A stretch of 64,000 bases of DNA from Bacteroidota bacterium (GTDB taxonomy: Bacteria > Bacteroidota > Bacteroidia > UBA8524), in NCBI GenBank assembly GCA_016124735.1, contig WGMZ01000019.1:3217-67216 (forward strand). Direction: 5' to 3'. The notes below the pieces were generated by a model. It had not been told where the DNA came from. It ran no database searches and worked only from the letters and a program-made list of their open reading frames with translations. Position 1 is the first letter of the stretch. Each line of letters begins with the position of its first letter. Positions 1 through 11,250 of the stretch are shown here, in pieces. The position numbers were made by a program, and so were the translations under genes.

Positions 1-2
1 TA

Positions 3-1355
3 TACGAAACCCTCGTAAAAAATGATGCCATGAACGGCACCGCCGTTTTGATGGAGGTGGAAACAGGTCACATCAAAGCCATTGCTAACCTCACCAGAAA
101 ATCTGAAGGGGTCTATGCGGAAGAATATAACTATGCCGTAGGAGAAAGTGCTGAGCCTGGTTCTACAATCAAACTGGTTTCGCTCATTGCACTTTTGGAA
201 GAGGGAGCTTCTATGGGCGACTCGGTCGATGTGGAAGGTGGTATCACCACCTATTTCGACCGGAAGATGAAGGATTCAGAACCCGGTCATTACGATAAAC
301 TCACACTCCAACAGGCGTATGAAAAGTCGAGCAATGTGGGAGTATCCAAGCTGGTATATAAACACTTTAAAGACCAGCCGCAAAAGTTCGTGGACTATTT
401 CACGGAACTCGGACTGGCTGAACCACTGGGCTTACAGATAACCGGCGAAGGAAAGCCGCGCATCAAACAACCGGGCGATAATGATTGGTATGGTACCACC
501 CTGCCCTGGATGTCCATTGGCTATGAGACGCAATTCACCCCATTGCAGATTCTCTCGCTTTATAACGCTATCGCCAATAATGGAACGATGGTCAAACCTA
601 TGTTGGTTACCCAGGTGCGTCAAACAGGCAAGGTGGTTGACCACTTTGAACCGACGGTTATCAAGGATAAGATCTGCAGCAAAGAAGTGCTGAAAAAAGT
701 ACGGATTGCCATGGAAGGCGTAGTGGCTCCCGGAGGTACGGCCCGCAACCTGATGAATCCGAATTATACTGTGGCAGGAAAAACCGGAACAGCACAAATG
801 GCCAGAGGCGGTCGCTACAATAAGTCATTTTACAAATCTTCTTTCGTGGGATATTTCCCCGCAGATCATCCGAAATATACCTGCATCGTATCCATCAACG
901 GAGCCTCCCGCGGCGTGTATTATGGCTCGGCAGTGGCGGGGCCGGTATTTAAGGAAATTGCCGATAAGGTGTATGCGAACAGCCTTCAAATGCATCAGGA
1001 TATTGAGGAAACCATTGAGGTGCCTGAAATGGAAACCCCACCAAATATAGCCGGACAAATGGATGACATTCGGACTGTTATGAACGACCTGGGCATTTCC
1101 AATAAAGTGATTGGCGATGAGAGTGAGTGGGCCCAAACCCGTCGACTCAATAAAAGCATGGAAGTGGAAAAAAGAAAGGTGATTGGAAACCTGGTTCCCA
1201 ATGTGGTCGGGATGACTTTAAAAGACGCACTCTTTCTACTTGAAAATGCAGGGATAAAAGTACAAGCTGTAGGCACCGGAAAAATCAGAAAACAGTCCAT
1301 GCGGCCCGGAAGCCGTGTGTACCGGGGCGCCACTATAATTCTTGAGTTGAGATGA
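3..1355 (+). CDS. ftsI: Penicillin-binding protein FtsI/PBP3, C-terminal part (transpeptidase + PASTA); 5' end lies outside the window
   Basis: SxxK (EPGSTIK), SxN (SSNVG) and KTG (GKTGTAQ) motifs, C-terminal PASTA-like VPNVVGMTLKDA. The frame is open from position 3 and the gene precedes murE. Confidence 0.9.
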   Translation, partial: YETLVKNDAMNGTAVLMEVETGHIKAIANLTRKSEGVYAEEYNYAVGESAEPGSTIKLVSLIALLEEGASMGDSVDVEGGITTYFDRKMKDSEPGHYDKLTLQQAYEKSSNVGVSKLVYKHFKDQPQKFVDYFTELGLAEPLGLQITGEGKPRIKQPGDNDWYGTTLPWMSIGYETQFTPLQILSLYNAIANNGTMVKPMLVTQVRQTGKVVDHFEPTVIKDKICSKEVLKKVRIAMEGVVAPGGTARNLMNPNYTVAGKTGTAQMARGGRYNKSFYKSSFVGYFPADHPKYTCIVSINGASRGVYYGSAVAGPVFKEIADKVYANSLQMHQDIEETIEVPEMETPPNIAGQMDDIRTVMNDLGISNKVIGDESEWAQTRRLNKSMEVEKRKVIGNLVPNVVGMTLKDALFLLENAGIKVQAVGTGKIRKQSMRPGSRVYRGATIILELR

Positions 1356-2809
1356 TGAAACTGAAGGAGCTCATACAGGATATTGACTTGCTGAAAGGCA
1401 GTAATTATCAGGCAGACAGTCAGGTAAAGGGCCTGACCATGGATAGCCGCAAGCTAGAACCAGGCTTTGCCTTTGTAGCTATTCGGGGCAGTGTGGCAGA
1501 CGGACATCAGTTCATCGCTCAGGTGATTGAGGCCGGTGCCACTACTATCGTTGCAGAAACTACACCGACCCATGACGGTGTGAATTGGATTCAGGTCAGG
1601 AACACGCATGAGGCGCTGGGTCAAATGGCTTCTGCTTTTTACGGGCATCCGTCTAAGAATTTAAAACTCGTCGGTATTACAGGTACCAATGGCAAAACAA
1701 CCGTTGCCACTCTTTTATATGAACTCTTTCTCCGGATGGGTTACCGGGCCGGGCTGCTGTCAACAGTTAGAAACAGAATTCACAATAAAGTCCTTTCCGC
1801 TACCCATACGACACCCGATGCCGTGAGTTTGAATGCCTTGCTTGCCGATATGGTGGCCGATGGCTGCGATTACTGTTTCATGGAATGCAGCTCGCACGCG
1901 ATTGAGCAAAGGCGAATTGCAGGTCTGGATTTTACCGGAGCGGTCTTTACCAATCTCACACATGATCATCTCGATTACCATAAAACCTTTGACGCTTACC
2001 GCGATGCGAAAAAGTTATTCTTTGACAAGTTGGACAGTCATGCTTTCGCACTGGTAAATAAAGACGATAAGAACGGAATGTACATGCTACAGAATTCGCG
2101 GGCTTCTAAATATACTTACAGCCTGAACAGCATGAGTGATTTCCGCGCCCGCATTGTTGAACAGGATTTCAATGGGATGCTCCTTCGTATCGGTGACACG
2201 GAAGCCTGGTACCGCCTGATCGGTGGCTTCAATGCATACAACCTGCTGGCGGTATATGGTTCCGCCTTTTTACTTGGAATGAAGGAAGAAGAAATCATCC
2301 ATCATCTAACCCAATTGGGTTCTGTTGCCGGACGCATCGATTCCATCTCGGTCCATGGAGTAGTGGGAATTGTGGATTATGCCCATACGCCGGATGCCTT
2401 GAAAAATGTGTTGGAGGTAATCAATGCCATTCGAACACGAAATGAAACCTTGATTACGGTAGTAGGATGCGGAGGAAATCGGGATACGGCTAAAAGACCC
2501 ATCATGGCCGATATCGCTGCCAGATTAAGCGATCAGGTCATCTTCACTTCAGACAATCCGCGCAGTGAAGACCCGGAAGAAATATTAAACCAGATGGAGG
2601 CAGGAGTTTCTCCCAACCAATACAAAAAGACCATGCGAATCAGCGATCGCAAAGAAGCAATCAAGGCGGCGGCACGCTTCGCACAAAAGGGCGACATCAT
2701 CCTCGTGGCCGGCAAGGGCCATGAGACCTACCAGGAAATTAAGGGGGAGCGATTCCCCTTCGACGATAAAGCGATTTTAAAAGAGACGATAGAAAAACTA
2801 AACACCTAA
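1352..2809 (+). CDS. murE: UDP-MurNAc-L-Ala-D-Glu--meso-DAP ligase
   Basis: [34 protein letters not shown] and the DAP-specific SDNPR motif; dcw position. Confidence 0.96.
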   Translation: MMKLKELIQDIDLLKGSNYQADSQVKGLTMDSRKLEPGFAFVAIRGSVADGHQFIAQVIEAGATTIVAETTPTHDGVNWIQVRNTHEALGQMASAFYGHPSKNLKLVGITGTNGKTTVATLLYELFLRMGYRAGLLSTVRNRIHNKVLSATHTTPDAVSLNALLADMVADGCDYCFMECSSHAIEQRRIAGLDFTGAVFTNLTHDHLDYHKTFDAYRDAKKLFFDKLDSHAFALVNKDDKNGMYMLQNSRASKYTYSLNSMSDFRARIVEQDFNGMLLRIGDTEAWYRLIGGFNAYNLLAVYGSAFLLGMKEEEIIHHLTQLGSVAGRIDSISVHGVVGIVDYAHTPDALKNVLEVINAIRTRNETLITVVGCGGNRDTAKRPIMADIAARLSDQVIFTSDNPRSEDPEEILNQMEAGVSPNQYKKTMRISDRKEAIKAAARFAQKGDIILVAGKGHETYQEIKGERFPFDDKAILKETIEKLNT

Positions 2810-2813
2810 GGCC

Positions 2814-4109
2814 ATGCTGTACTATCTCTTCCAATACCTGGACAAACATTTTAACCTCGCAGGGGCCGGGGTTTTTCAATACATTTCCTTCCGGACGGCA
2901 GCAGCCATTATTCTGTCGCTTATAATTTCCATGCTGATGGGCAAAAGGCTCATCGAATGGCTCCATGGCAAACAGGTAGCGGATGAAATACGCGACCTCG
3001 GCCTGGATGGTGAGAAACAGAAAAAAGGAACCCCAACCATGGGTGGTATTATCATCTTATCTGCCATCCTGATTCCTACCTTGTTATTTGCCCGCCTGGA
3101 AAATATCTACATCATCCTGATGATCATTTCCACCCTCTGGCTGGGCCTCATCGGATTTTTAGATGATTATATCAAAGTATTTAAAAAGGACAAACAGGGC
3201 CTTGCCGGTCGGTTTAAGATCCTGGGTCAGGTAGGCCTCGGTATCATTGTTGGAAGTACCCTGTTTTTCAATGAGAATGTACGTCTCCGCAATTATTTAT
3301 CTGTTGAGGAGGCGCAGAGCCTTGCTGGTACAGCGATTCATGAGAACGATTACAGCTTTGATACCAAAAAGGGCGAAGTAGGTCGCTTCATCGATCATAC
3401 CGGCGATACCCTTTTTTATCAGGATCTGAAGTCGCTTTCGACCACCATTCCTTTTATCAAAGAGAATGAATTTGACTATGGCAATATTACGCGCGCCATC
3501 GGTGATACAGACGGTAAACTGAACTGGTTGCTTTACGTATTGGTGGTGACTTTCATTATCACAGCCGTTTCGAATGGCGCCAATATTACCGACGGGATCG
3601 ATGGCTTGGCTGCGGGTACTTCCGGAATTATGGGACTGACCCTGGGAATCTTTGCTTACCTGTCGGGTAACATCCTGTTCTCCAACTACCTCAACATTAT
3701 GTATATCCCGAATTTGGGAGAGCTCGTGGTCTTTTCCGGAGCATTTGTCGGGGCTTGCATTGGCTTCCTATGGTATAATTCCTATCCGGCTCAAATTTTC
3801 ATGGGCGACACTGGCTCATTGGCTTTGGGAGGCATCATAGCCACACTGGCCATCATGACCCGCAAGGAATTGCTGATTCCAATCCTCTGCGGAATCTTCC
3901 TGGTGGAGAACCTCAGTGTAATGATGCAGGTGAGCTATTTCAAATACACAAAAAGGAAATATGGAGAAGGACGCAGGATTTTCCTGATGTCGCCACTTCA
4001 TCATCATTACCAGAAGAAAGGTTACCATGAAGCGAAAATTGTTACCCGCTTCTGGATTATAGGAATCTTCCTGGCCATACTGACAGTAATCACCCTCAAA
4101 CTCCGCTAG
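2814..4109 (+). CDS. mraY: Phospho-N-acetylmuramoyl-pentapeptide transferase
   Basis: [35 protein letters not shown] and PLHHHY motifs; multiple TM segments. Confidence 0.97.
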   Translation: MLYYLFQYLDKHFNLAGAGVFQYISFRTAAAIILSLIISMLMGKRLIEWLHGKQVADEIRDLGLDGEKQKKGTPTMGGIIILSAILIPTLLFARLENIYIILMIISTLWLGLIGFLDDYIKVFKKDKQGLAGRFKILGQVGLGIIVGSTLFFNENVRLRNYLSVEEAQSLAGTAIHENDYSFDTKKGEVGRFIDHTGDTLFYQDLKSLSTTIPFIKENEFDYGNITRAIGDTDGKLNWLLYVLVVTFIITAVSNGANITDGIDGLAAGTSGIMGLTLGIFAYLSGNILFSNYLNIMYIPNLGELVVFSGAFVGACIGFLWYNSYPAQIFMGDTGSLALGGIIATLAIMTRKELLIPILCGIFLVENLSVMMQVSYFKYTKRKYGEGRRIFLMSPLHHHYQKKGYHEAKIVTRFWIIGIFLAILTVITLKLR

Positions 4110-5458
4110 TGAACAAAAGACTTGTCATATTAGGTGCAGGAGAAAGCGGAACAGGTTCCGCCATCCTTGGGAAAGCTCAGGGCTGGGAAGTCTTTGTTTC
4201 TGATCTTGGTTCAATCAAGGAAGAGTACAAAGCTGAGCTGGATGCAGAAGGCATAGCCTGGGAGGAAGCTAAGCACAGTGAAGAGTTGATATTAAGTGCC
4301 AATGAAGTGGTGAAAAGTCCAGGAATTCCTGATAAAGCACCCCTCATTAAAAAGCTGCATGAATTAGGCATACCGGTCATTTCTGAGATTGAATTTGCCT
4401 CAAGGTATACCGACGCGAAGCTAATAGCCATTACGGGTACCAACGGTAAAACCACGACAACATCCCTCATCTATCATCTTTTTGAAAAGGCCGGATTGAA
4501 TGCAGGATTGGGTGGCAATATTGGTAAAAGCTTTGCGCGCCAAGTAGCCCGGGACAAACGCGATTACTATGTGCTGGAGCTCAGTAGCTTTCAGTTGGAT
4601 GGATGTTACCGGTGCCGCTTTGATGCGGCGGTATTGTGCAATATCACCCCGGACCACCTCGATCGCTATGAATACAAACTGGAGAATTACATACGATCCA
4701 AATTCCGTATCACGCAAAATCAGGGTCCGAACGACCTCTTTGTGTATTGTGGAGATGACGCACTGACCATGGAATGGATCGGTCATTTTTCTATTGAATC
4801 AAAATTAATCCCTTATACCATCGATAGCCCGCATCAAATTCCTGGTGCCTGGGTGGAAGATGGACAAATCCATATCACAATGAACGACAACGAAGAAAAC
4901 CAATTTACAATGGCTATACAGGAACTCTCTTTACGCGGTAAGCATAATGCTTACAATTCGATGGCGGCGGCCGTCATTGCCAATGCGTTCAACATCCGCA
5001 AGGAAGTAATTCGCGAAAGCCTTTCAGATTTTCAAAATGTGGAACACCGGCTTGAATCATTAGGGAAGGTTAAAGGAATTGAATTCATCAATGACTCCAA
5101 AGCAACCAATGTTAATTCATCCTGGTATGCATTGGAAAGCATGGACCGTCCGGTTGTTTGGATTGCTGGCGGAGTAGACAAAGGAAACGACTACAACCTT
5201 TTGAAACAACTGGTAAAAGACAAGGTGCGCATCATCGTTTGCCTTGGGCTTGACAACCGCAAGATTCACGAAGCGTTTTCCCGCGACGTGGACATGATAC
5301 TGAACACAACCTCCATGCAGGAAGCAGTGAATGTGGCCTATCACATGGCAAACAAGGAAGAAGCCGTATTGCTATCTCCGGCCTGTGCAAGCTTCGATCT
5401 ATTTGAGAATTACGAAGACCGGGGCCGTCAGTTTAAAAAGTATGTAAAGAATCTCTAA
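4109..5458 (+). CDS. murD: UDP-MurNAc-L-Ala--D-glutamate ligase
   Basis: [30 protein letters not shown] and LSPACASFD motifs; GTG start. Confidence 0.96.
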   Translation: MNKRLVILGAGESGTGSAILGKAQGWEVFVSDLGSIKEEYKAELDAEGIAWEEAKHSEELILSANEVVKSPGIPDKAPLIKKLHELGIPVISEIEFASRYTDAKLIAITGTNGKTTTTSLIYHLFEKAGLNAGLGGNIGKSFARQVARDKRDYYVLELSSFQLDGCYRCRFDAAVLCNITPDHLDRYEYKLENYIRSKFRITQNQGPNDLFVYCGDDALTMEWIGHFSIESKLIPYTIDSPHQIPGAWVEDGQIHITMNDNEENQFTMAIQELSLRGKHNAYNSMAAAVIANAFNIRKEVIRESLSDFQNVEHRLESLGKVKGIEFINDSKATNVNSSWYALESMDRPVVWIAGGVDKGNDYNLLKQLVKDKVRIIVCLGLDNRKIHEAFSRDVDMILNTTSMQEAVNVAYHMANKEEAVLLSPACASFDLFENYEDRGRQFKKYVKNL

Positions 5459-5459
5459 G

Positions 5460-6662
5460 ATGAATTGGCTGCTTAAACGGATAAAGGGTGACCCCGTCAT
5501 TTGGGGAGTGGTCATTGTGCTTTCCATTTTCGGATTGCTGGCGGTATACAGCTCAACGGGCTCGCTTGCATTCAAACAAAAGGGAGGCAATACCGAATTT
5601 TATCTCTTTAAGCACTTGCTGTTTATTCTGATCGGTCTGGGATTGATGTGGCTGGCGCACCTGCTGGACTACCGCTATTATTCGCGGATTTCGCAGTTGC
5701 TCCTATACATCTCCATTCCGCTGCTGATTTACACCCTCTTTTTTGGCGTAGAAATTAATAATGCAGCAAGATGGATGGCCATTCCCGGTACTGGTTTGAC
5801 CTTTCAAACATCTGATTTGGCGAAGCTGGCGCTCATCATGTATGTGGCGCGTTTCTTATCAAAGCGGCAGGATACGATCCATATTGCCAGCTCGGCGTTT
5901 TATCCTCTCCTGATGGCCATCTCGATTGTTTGTGTGCTCATAGCACCGGCCAACCTCTCAACTGCACTTGTCATCTTTTCAACTTGTTTATTGCTCATGT
6001 TCCTGGGGCGTATACCGTTGAAATTTATTCTGGCTGTAGTAGGTAGCGGCGTTGTCTTTTTCATATTGGCAGCCACCCTGGTTTTAAAGATGCCCGACGA
6101 TAGCATTAAAAGTGTTGCCCGTCTGGCCACCTGGAAAGCGCGGATTGAAAACTTTATGGGAGGCGAAGAGAATGTCGGAGGGAATTATCAGAGCATGCAG
6201 GCGAAAATAGCCATTGCCAATGGTGGTCTGTTGGGCAAAGGGCCGGGGAATAGCGTGCAGAAGAATTTCCTGCCGGAGTCTTTTTCTGATTTCATCTTTG
6301 CCATCATATTGGAGGAATATGGTTTATGGGGTGGCATCCTGCTGATTGGTTTGTACCTCACCCTTTTGTACCGATCGATTCGAATCGTTATTCGAAGTCC
6401 GAAAGCATTCGGCGCCCTGTTAGCGGTGGGTTTAAGTTTCAGCCTGGTCATTCAGGCACTTATCAATATGGCCGTTGCGGTCAATATTTTCCCGGTTACC
6501 GGTCTGGCGCTTCCATTAATCAGTATGGGAGGTACCTCGACCTTATTTACCAGCGTGGCCATCGGAATCATCCTTAGTGTGAGCAGGAATATTGAGCCAG
6601 ATGGCGATGAAAGCGAGGAAGAGCCGGTATTGGAGAAAGGAGGGAATCATGTCATTGCATAA
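5460..6662 (+). CDS. ftsW: SEDS-family peptidoglycan polymerase FtsW
   Basis: About 10 TM segments; FQTSDLAK, LPESFSDFIFAII and PVTGLALPLISMGG; lies between murD and murG. Confidence 0.93.
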   Translation: MNWLLKRIKGDPVIWGVVIVLSIFGLLAVYSSTGSLAFKQKGGNTEFYLFKHLLFILIGLGLMWLAHLLDYRYYSRISQLLLYISIPLLIYTLFFGVEINNAARWMAIPGTGLTFQTSDLAKLALIMYVARFLSKRQDTIHIASSAFYPLLMAISIVCVLIAPANLSTALVIFSTCLLLMFLGRIPLKFILAVVGSGVVFFILAATLVLKMPDDSIKSVARLATWKARIENFMGGEENVGGNYQSMQAKIAIANGGLLGKGPGNSVQKNFLPESFSDFIFAIILEEYGLWGGILLIGLYLTLLYRSIRIVIRSPKAFGALLAVGLSFSLVIQALINMAVAVNIFPVTGLALPLISMGGTSTLFTSVAIGIILSVSRNIEPDGDESEEEPVLEKGGNHVIA

Positions 6663-7734
6663 AGTCATTATTTCCGGAGGCGGAACGGGTGGGCATATAT
6701 TCCCGGCCGTGGCCATTGCAAATGAAATCAGGCAGGAATACCCTGACTGTAAAATTCTGTTTGTCGGCGCCAAAGGGAGAATGGAGATGACACGGGTGCC
6801 TGAAGCAGGTTACGAAATTGAGGGGCTGGATATTGCTGGTTTGCAGCGTAAATTTGATCTCAAGAATTTTTTGTTGCCTTTCAAAGTAATAAAGAGCTAC
6901 CGTCAGGCGGCTGCCATACTGAAAAGATTTCAGCCGCAGGTGGCAATTGGCGTGGGAGGCTTTGCAAGCGGACCGTTGCTGTTTGCAGCTCAGAGAAAAG
7001 GCATACCTACCTTGATCCAGGAACAGAATTCCTATGCTGGACTGACCAATAAATTGCTTGCTCGCGGTGCAAAGAAAATTTGTGTGGCCTATAGCGGGAT
7101 GGAGGCATATTTCCCCGCAGAGAAACTGGTACACACGGGCAATCCTGTACGCGCAGAAATGGTGGATTGGAAGGGGAAAAAAGAGGAGGCCTGTACCTTT
7201 TTTGGTTTGAATGAAGAGCAGGCGGTAGTGCTTTCGATCGGAGGAAGTTTGGGTGCGCGGAGCATCAATCTTGCATTATCGGAACATATCAATCGCTTCC
7301 GGGACTCCAATGTTCAATTGCTTTGGCAAACAGGGAAAGCCTATGCGAATAAAGCGGCTGATTTGTCGGGAGACGGCATCCATGCAGTGCCTTTCATCCA
7401 ACGAATGGATCTGGCTTATGCTGCTGCTGATGTAATTATTTCCCGGGCAGGGGCCTTGTCAATCTCAGAATTATGCCTGGTGGGCAAGCCATGCATTCTG
7501 GTTCCATCTCCCAATGTGGCGGAAGATCATCAATCTAAAAATGCAAATGTATTGGTAAAGGCAGGAGCTGCCTTGCTGGTGAAAGATCAGGAAGCATCTG
7601 TAATTCTGGTAGATGAGGCATTAACTCTACTGAAGAAAGAAGAACTGAAAAAAAATCTCAGTGAAAATGTAATGCGCATGGGAATATCCAATGCGGCAGA
7701 ACGAATAAGAAAAGAAATAGAAGCTATTCTGTGA
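6649..7734 (+). CDS. murG: Undecaprenyl-PP-MurNAc-pentapeptide GlcNAc transferase
   Basis: SGGGTGGHIFPA, EQNS, TGNPVR, GGSLGA and SRAGA motifs. Start placed at ATG 6649 rather than ORF-track 6592. Confidence 0.96.
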   Translation: MSLHKVIISGGGTGGHIFPAVAIANEIRQEYPDCKILFVGAKGRMEMTRVPEAGYEIEGLDIAGLQRKFDLKNFLLPFKVIKSYRQAAAILKRFQPQVAIGVGGFASGPLLFAAQRKGIPTLIQEQNSYAGLTNKLLARGAKKICVAYSGMEAYFPAEKLVHTGNPVRAEMVDWKGKKEEACTFFGLNEEQAVVLSIGGSLGARSINLALSEHINRFRDSNVQLLWQTGKAYANKAADLSGDGIHAVPFIQRMDLAYAAADVIISRAGALSISELCLVGKPCILVPSPNVAEDHQSKNANVLVKAGAALLVKDQEASVILVDEALTLLKKEELKKNLSENVMRMGISNAAERIRKEIEAIL

Positions 7735-9104
7735 ATCGCGGGAAGAATATAAAAGCAGCCTATTTTTTGGGTATTGGCGGCATCGGCATGAGCGCTCTCG
7801 CACGCTATTACCATGCTTTGGGGTATTTGGTTGCGGGTTATGACAAAACAACGTCTCCCTTGTTGACAGATTTGCAGACCATTGGAATTGAAGTGGTGTA
7901 CGACGAATCGGTAGGAGCTATTCCAGCATCAATCTCCGCCTGTAAGATCGACGAAGTGTTGTGGGTATATACACCCGCAATACCGAAAGACCACCAGCAG
8001 CTGCTTTGGCTCCAAAAGGAAAAGGCAGATCTCCTGAAAAGAGCGGCGGTGTTGGGACAAATTACCAAAGGAAGAACTACCCTGGCGGTAGCAGGAACTC
8101 ACGGTAAAACAACCACAAGTACATTATTGGCACATCTCCTCATTGAAGGCGGTGTAGATTGTACGGCATTCCTTGGTGGAATATCAACCAATTATGGGGT
8201 CAATTATATTCAGGCAAAAGATCCTGATAATGCTCCGGTAGTGGTAGAAGCGGATGAATTTGATCGCTCCTTTCTTCAATTGCAGCCAACCAAAGCCATT
8301 ATCACTTCTGTGGATGCCGATCATTTGGATATTTATGGGGAGGCCGATGCTTTCCGGGAAGGCTTTGAAGCCTTTTCGCAATTAGTACCGCCAGATGGCT
8401 TACTCGTTCAGAAGGCGGGATTGAATTTAAAGACCAATGCGAAATCACTGACTTATGCCGTGGAGCTAAGTAGCGATTTTACAGCACAAAATATACAGAT
8501 TGCTCGGGGCACCTACACCTTTGACCTGTTTACCTCGACGGGAGTCATCCCGAATCTTAGCCTGGGGTTACCCGGAAGGCATAACATGGAAAATGCCGTG
8601 GCCGCTTCAGCCATTGCACTCAGTATGGGTGTTTTGGAATCAGACCTGAAGAGAGGCCTTGCTTCATTCAGAGGGGTGAAAAGACGTTTCGAATATGTGG
8701 TGAAAAGGAAAGAGCATGTGTACATCGATGATTACGCACATCATCCTGAAGAATTGAAAGCGTGTATTCGTTCGGTAAAGGAATTATACCCGGATCAAAA
8801 GATTACAGGGGTATTCCAACCGCATCTGTTTACCCGTACACGCGATTTTATGGATGCATTTGCTGCCAGTTTGAGTTTGCTGGACATCTGCATCCTGATG
8901 CCCATTTATCCGGCCAGAGAAAAGCCAATTGAAGGAGTGAATTCTCAGGCCTTGTTGCGCCTGATTTCCTGCAATGAAAAGACTGTTTTGAGTTCGCAAG
9001 AGGTGGTTGATTATGTAAAGCGCAAACAACCACCCTTGCTTTTGACACTTGGAGCCGGAGATATCGACCGTATTGTTCCGCAATTGAAGGAGGTACTGGT
9101 ATGA
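7731..9104 (+). CDS. murC: UDP-N-acetylmuramate--L-alanine ligase
   Basis: GIGGIGMSALA, AGTHGKTTT, EADEFD, DDYAHHP and FQPHLFTRT motifs. Confidence 0.96.
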   Translation: MNRGKNIKAAYFLGIGGIGMSALARYYHALGYLVAGYDKTTSPLLTDLQTIGIEVVYDESVGAIPASISACKIDEVLWVYTPAIPKDHQQLLWLQKEKADLLKRAAVLGQITKGRTTLAVAGTHGKTTTSTLLAHLLIEGGVDCTAFLGGISTNYGVNYIQAKDPDNAPVVVEADEFDRSFLQLQPTKAIITSVDADHLDIYGEADAFREGFEAFSQLVPPDGLLVQKAGLNLKTNAKSLTYAVELSSDFTAQNIQIARGTYTFDLFTSTGVIPNLSLGLPGRHNMENAVAASAIALSMGVLESDLKRGLASFRGVKRRFEYVVKRKEHVYIDDYAHHPEELKACIRSVKELYPDQKITGVFQPHLFTRTRDFMDAFAASLSLLDICILMPIYPAREKPIEGVNSQALLRLISCNEKTVLSSQEVVDYVKRKQPPLLLTLGAGDIDRIVPQLKEVLV

Positions 9105-9883
9105 AATGGAAAGGATATTCGATAAAGAAAATAGTGAACACCGCCGTTTGGACGACACTCATCCTGTTTGTTGTGGTCGTTTTGGGTATGGCTCGAAATG
9201 AACAGGAGAACACATTATGCAGCAATGTGAATATTGAGATGAAGCCGGATTATGAGCTTCTGTTCACAGGTTGGGATGATGTGGCCAAAATGATTACCGG
9301 AGATGGCAATGTTGCCTCGATGCAAGGCAAGCCCTTATCCACTTTCCGGGTAGGAGAGCTGGAGCAAACTCTGGAGCTAAGTCCTTTTATCCGCAACGCG
9401 GAAGTATATACCGAGATGGATGGAACACTAAGCATCGAAGTAGAACAAAGGCAGCCCTTATTTCGGGTTTTTCGGCAAAACAGCAAAGGATATTATGTGG
9501 ATAAGGAAGGGAAAAAGATGCCTTTGTCGCCTAAATACAGTGCAAGGGTAGTTGTACTTCGTGGTGTGGTAAAAGAAAATTACGACGGAAATGACAGTAT
9601 AAAAACGGCCGTGCTTGCCGATGCGTATCGGCTGATAAACGCCTTGTCAGAAAACGATTTGTGGCGCAGGCAGATAGATGAAGTGGTTGTAGATAAGCAG
9701 GGAGAGTTCACCTTAATTCCAATGGTGGGCAATCATAAAATTGTGATAGGAAGCACAAACAACCTGGAAGAAAAGCTCCATAATCTTCGTTTGTTCTATA
9801 AGCATGCGATGAACCGCGTGGGCTGGACCACTTATAAAGTGATTAATTTAAAGTACAGTGGACAGGTTGTGTGCGAAAAATGA
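9101..9883 (+). CDS. ftsQ: Cell division protein FtsQ/DivIB
   Basis: Single N-terminal TM; POTRA-like segment (LEQTLELSPFIRNAEVY...VEQRQP); C-terminal INLKYSGQVVC; lies between murC and ftsA. Confidence 0.85.
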   Translation: MKWKGYSIKKIVNTAVWTTLILFVVVVLGMARNEQENTLCSNVNIEMKPDYELLFTGWDDVAKMITGDGNVASMQGKPLSTFRVGELEQTLELSPFIRNAEVYTEMDGTLSIEVEQRQPLFRVFRQNSKGYYVDKEGKKMPLSPKYSARVVVLRGVVKENYDGNDSIKTAVLADAYRLINALSENDLWRRQIDEVVVDKQGEFTLIPMVGNHKIVIGSTNNLEEKLHNLRLFYKHAMNRVGWTTYKVINLKYSGQVVCEK

Positions 9884-9912
9884 GCCCACATGCACGATTA
9901 ATAAAAGTATAA

Positions 9913-11241
9913 TTGAATACTATGCATAACTCAAAGATTGTTGTCGGACTGGATATCGGTACCACAAAGGTTTGCGCCATCGTTGGGCGCTACAACGAAT
10001 TCGGTAAAGTAGATGTGCTTGGAATGGGAAGAGCTGATTCTCATGGCGTTTCCCGTGGTGTGGTGAGTAACATCAACAAAACGGTTGAAGCCATTGAAAA
10101 GGCAGTTGAAGACGCTTCTGAGAAATCGGGGGTCGATATCCGTCAGGTATACGTAGGAATTGCCGGACAACATATACGTAGCCTTCAACACCGTGGAATC
10201 ATCGTTCGCAGCGATGTGGATAAAGAGATTGATCAGTTCGACCTGAACAAGCTCGAGAGCGATATGCATAAACTGGCCATCGCGCCAGGAGATTCAATCA
10301 TCCACGTTCTTCCACAAGAATACATGGTGGACAATGAGCCGGGGATAAAAGATCCAATAGGTATGAGTGGTGTGCGATTGGAAGGTAATTTCCATATCAT
10401 CACAGCATCCATCAATGCAGCTAAGAATATTTACAAGTGTGTGAACATGGGTGGTCTCGAATCCATGAGCCTCATCCTGGAACCTCTGGCCTCTGCTGAG
10501 GCAGTATTGAGCAAAGAAGAGATGGAAGCCGGTGTGGTTCTCGTTGATATAGGTGGTGGTACCACAGATATTGCCATTTTCCATGAGGGAATTATCCGTC
10601 ATACTGCTGTAATTCCTTATGGAGGTAATGTCATTACAGATGATATCAAAGAAGGGTGCAATGTGATGCGTGACCATGCAGAATTGCTGAAGATTAAATT
10701 CGGATCGGCGCTGGCAGAAGAAACCAAGGCAAATGAAATCATCACCATCCCAGGATTGCGTGGACGCGAACCCAAGGAGATTGGTGTACGCAACCTGGCC
10801 CGAATCATTCAGGCCCGCGTTGAAGAGATTTTTGAATTGGTGTATTGCGAGATTAAGAATTCCGGACTCGAGAAAAAGCTCATTGGAGGCATCGTGATTA
10901 CCGGTGGTGGCTCGCAGTTGAAACATATCACCCATTTGGTTGAATACATTACCGGCCTGGATGCCCGTATTGGTTACCCGAATGAACACCTTGCCAAAGG
11001 CATGGTGGAAGAGGTGAAAAGCCCGATGTATGCCACATCCATTGGCCTTTTGATAAAAGGATTGAAGGCTCCTGATGAACAAGTTGCCTCTCAGGAAAAT
11101 GGTAAGATGAGAACGGGGAGGGATACACGTCAGGAAACCCTCGAAGAAACCATGGATAAAGAAAACAAGAACTTCCTCAATAAAATCAAGTTTATGGTGC
11201 AGGACTGGCTCCGTAGCGATACTGATTTTGAGGACTTTTAA
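9913..11241 (+). CDS. ftsA: Cell division protein FtsA
   Basis: GLDIGTTKV, DIGGGTTD and VITGGGSQL actin-like motifs. Start is TTG 9913 or ATG 9922. Confidence 0.96.
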   Translation: MNTMHNSKIVVGLDIGTTKVCAIVGRYNEFGKVDVLGMGRADSHGVSRGVVSNINKTVEAIEKAVEDASEKSGVDIRQVYVGIAGQHIRSLQHRGIIVRSDVDKEIDQFDLNKLESDMHKLAIAPGDSIIHVLPQEYMVDNEPGIKDPIGMSGVRLEGNFHIITASINAAKNIYKCVNMGGLESMSLILEPLASAEAVLSKEEMEAGVVLVDIGGGTTDIAIFHEGIIRHTAVIPYGGNVITDDIKEGCNVMRDHAELLKIKFGSALAEETKANEIITIPGLRGREPKEIGVRNLARIIQARVEEIFELVYCEIKNSGLEKKLIGGIVITGGGSQLKHITHLVEYITGLDARIGYPNEHLAKGMVEEVKSPMYATSIGLLIKGLKAPDEQVASQENGKMRTGRDTRQETLEETMDKENKNFLNKIKFMVQDWLRSDTDFEDF

Positions 11242-11250
11242 AAAAAAATT

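Noticed and set aside
2809..2814. Absence of murF (and ddl) from the dcw cluster
   Set aside because: Normal arrangement in Bacteroidota; these genes are usually elsewhere.
11240..11248. A9 tract between ftsA and ftsZ as a phase-variable site
   Set aside because: It is intergenic and matches the A-rich translation initiation regions typical of Bacteroidota; slippage would not shift a frame.
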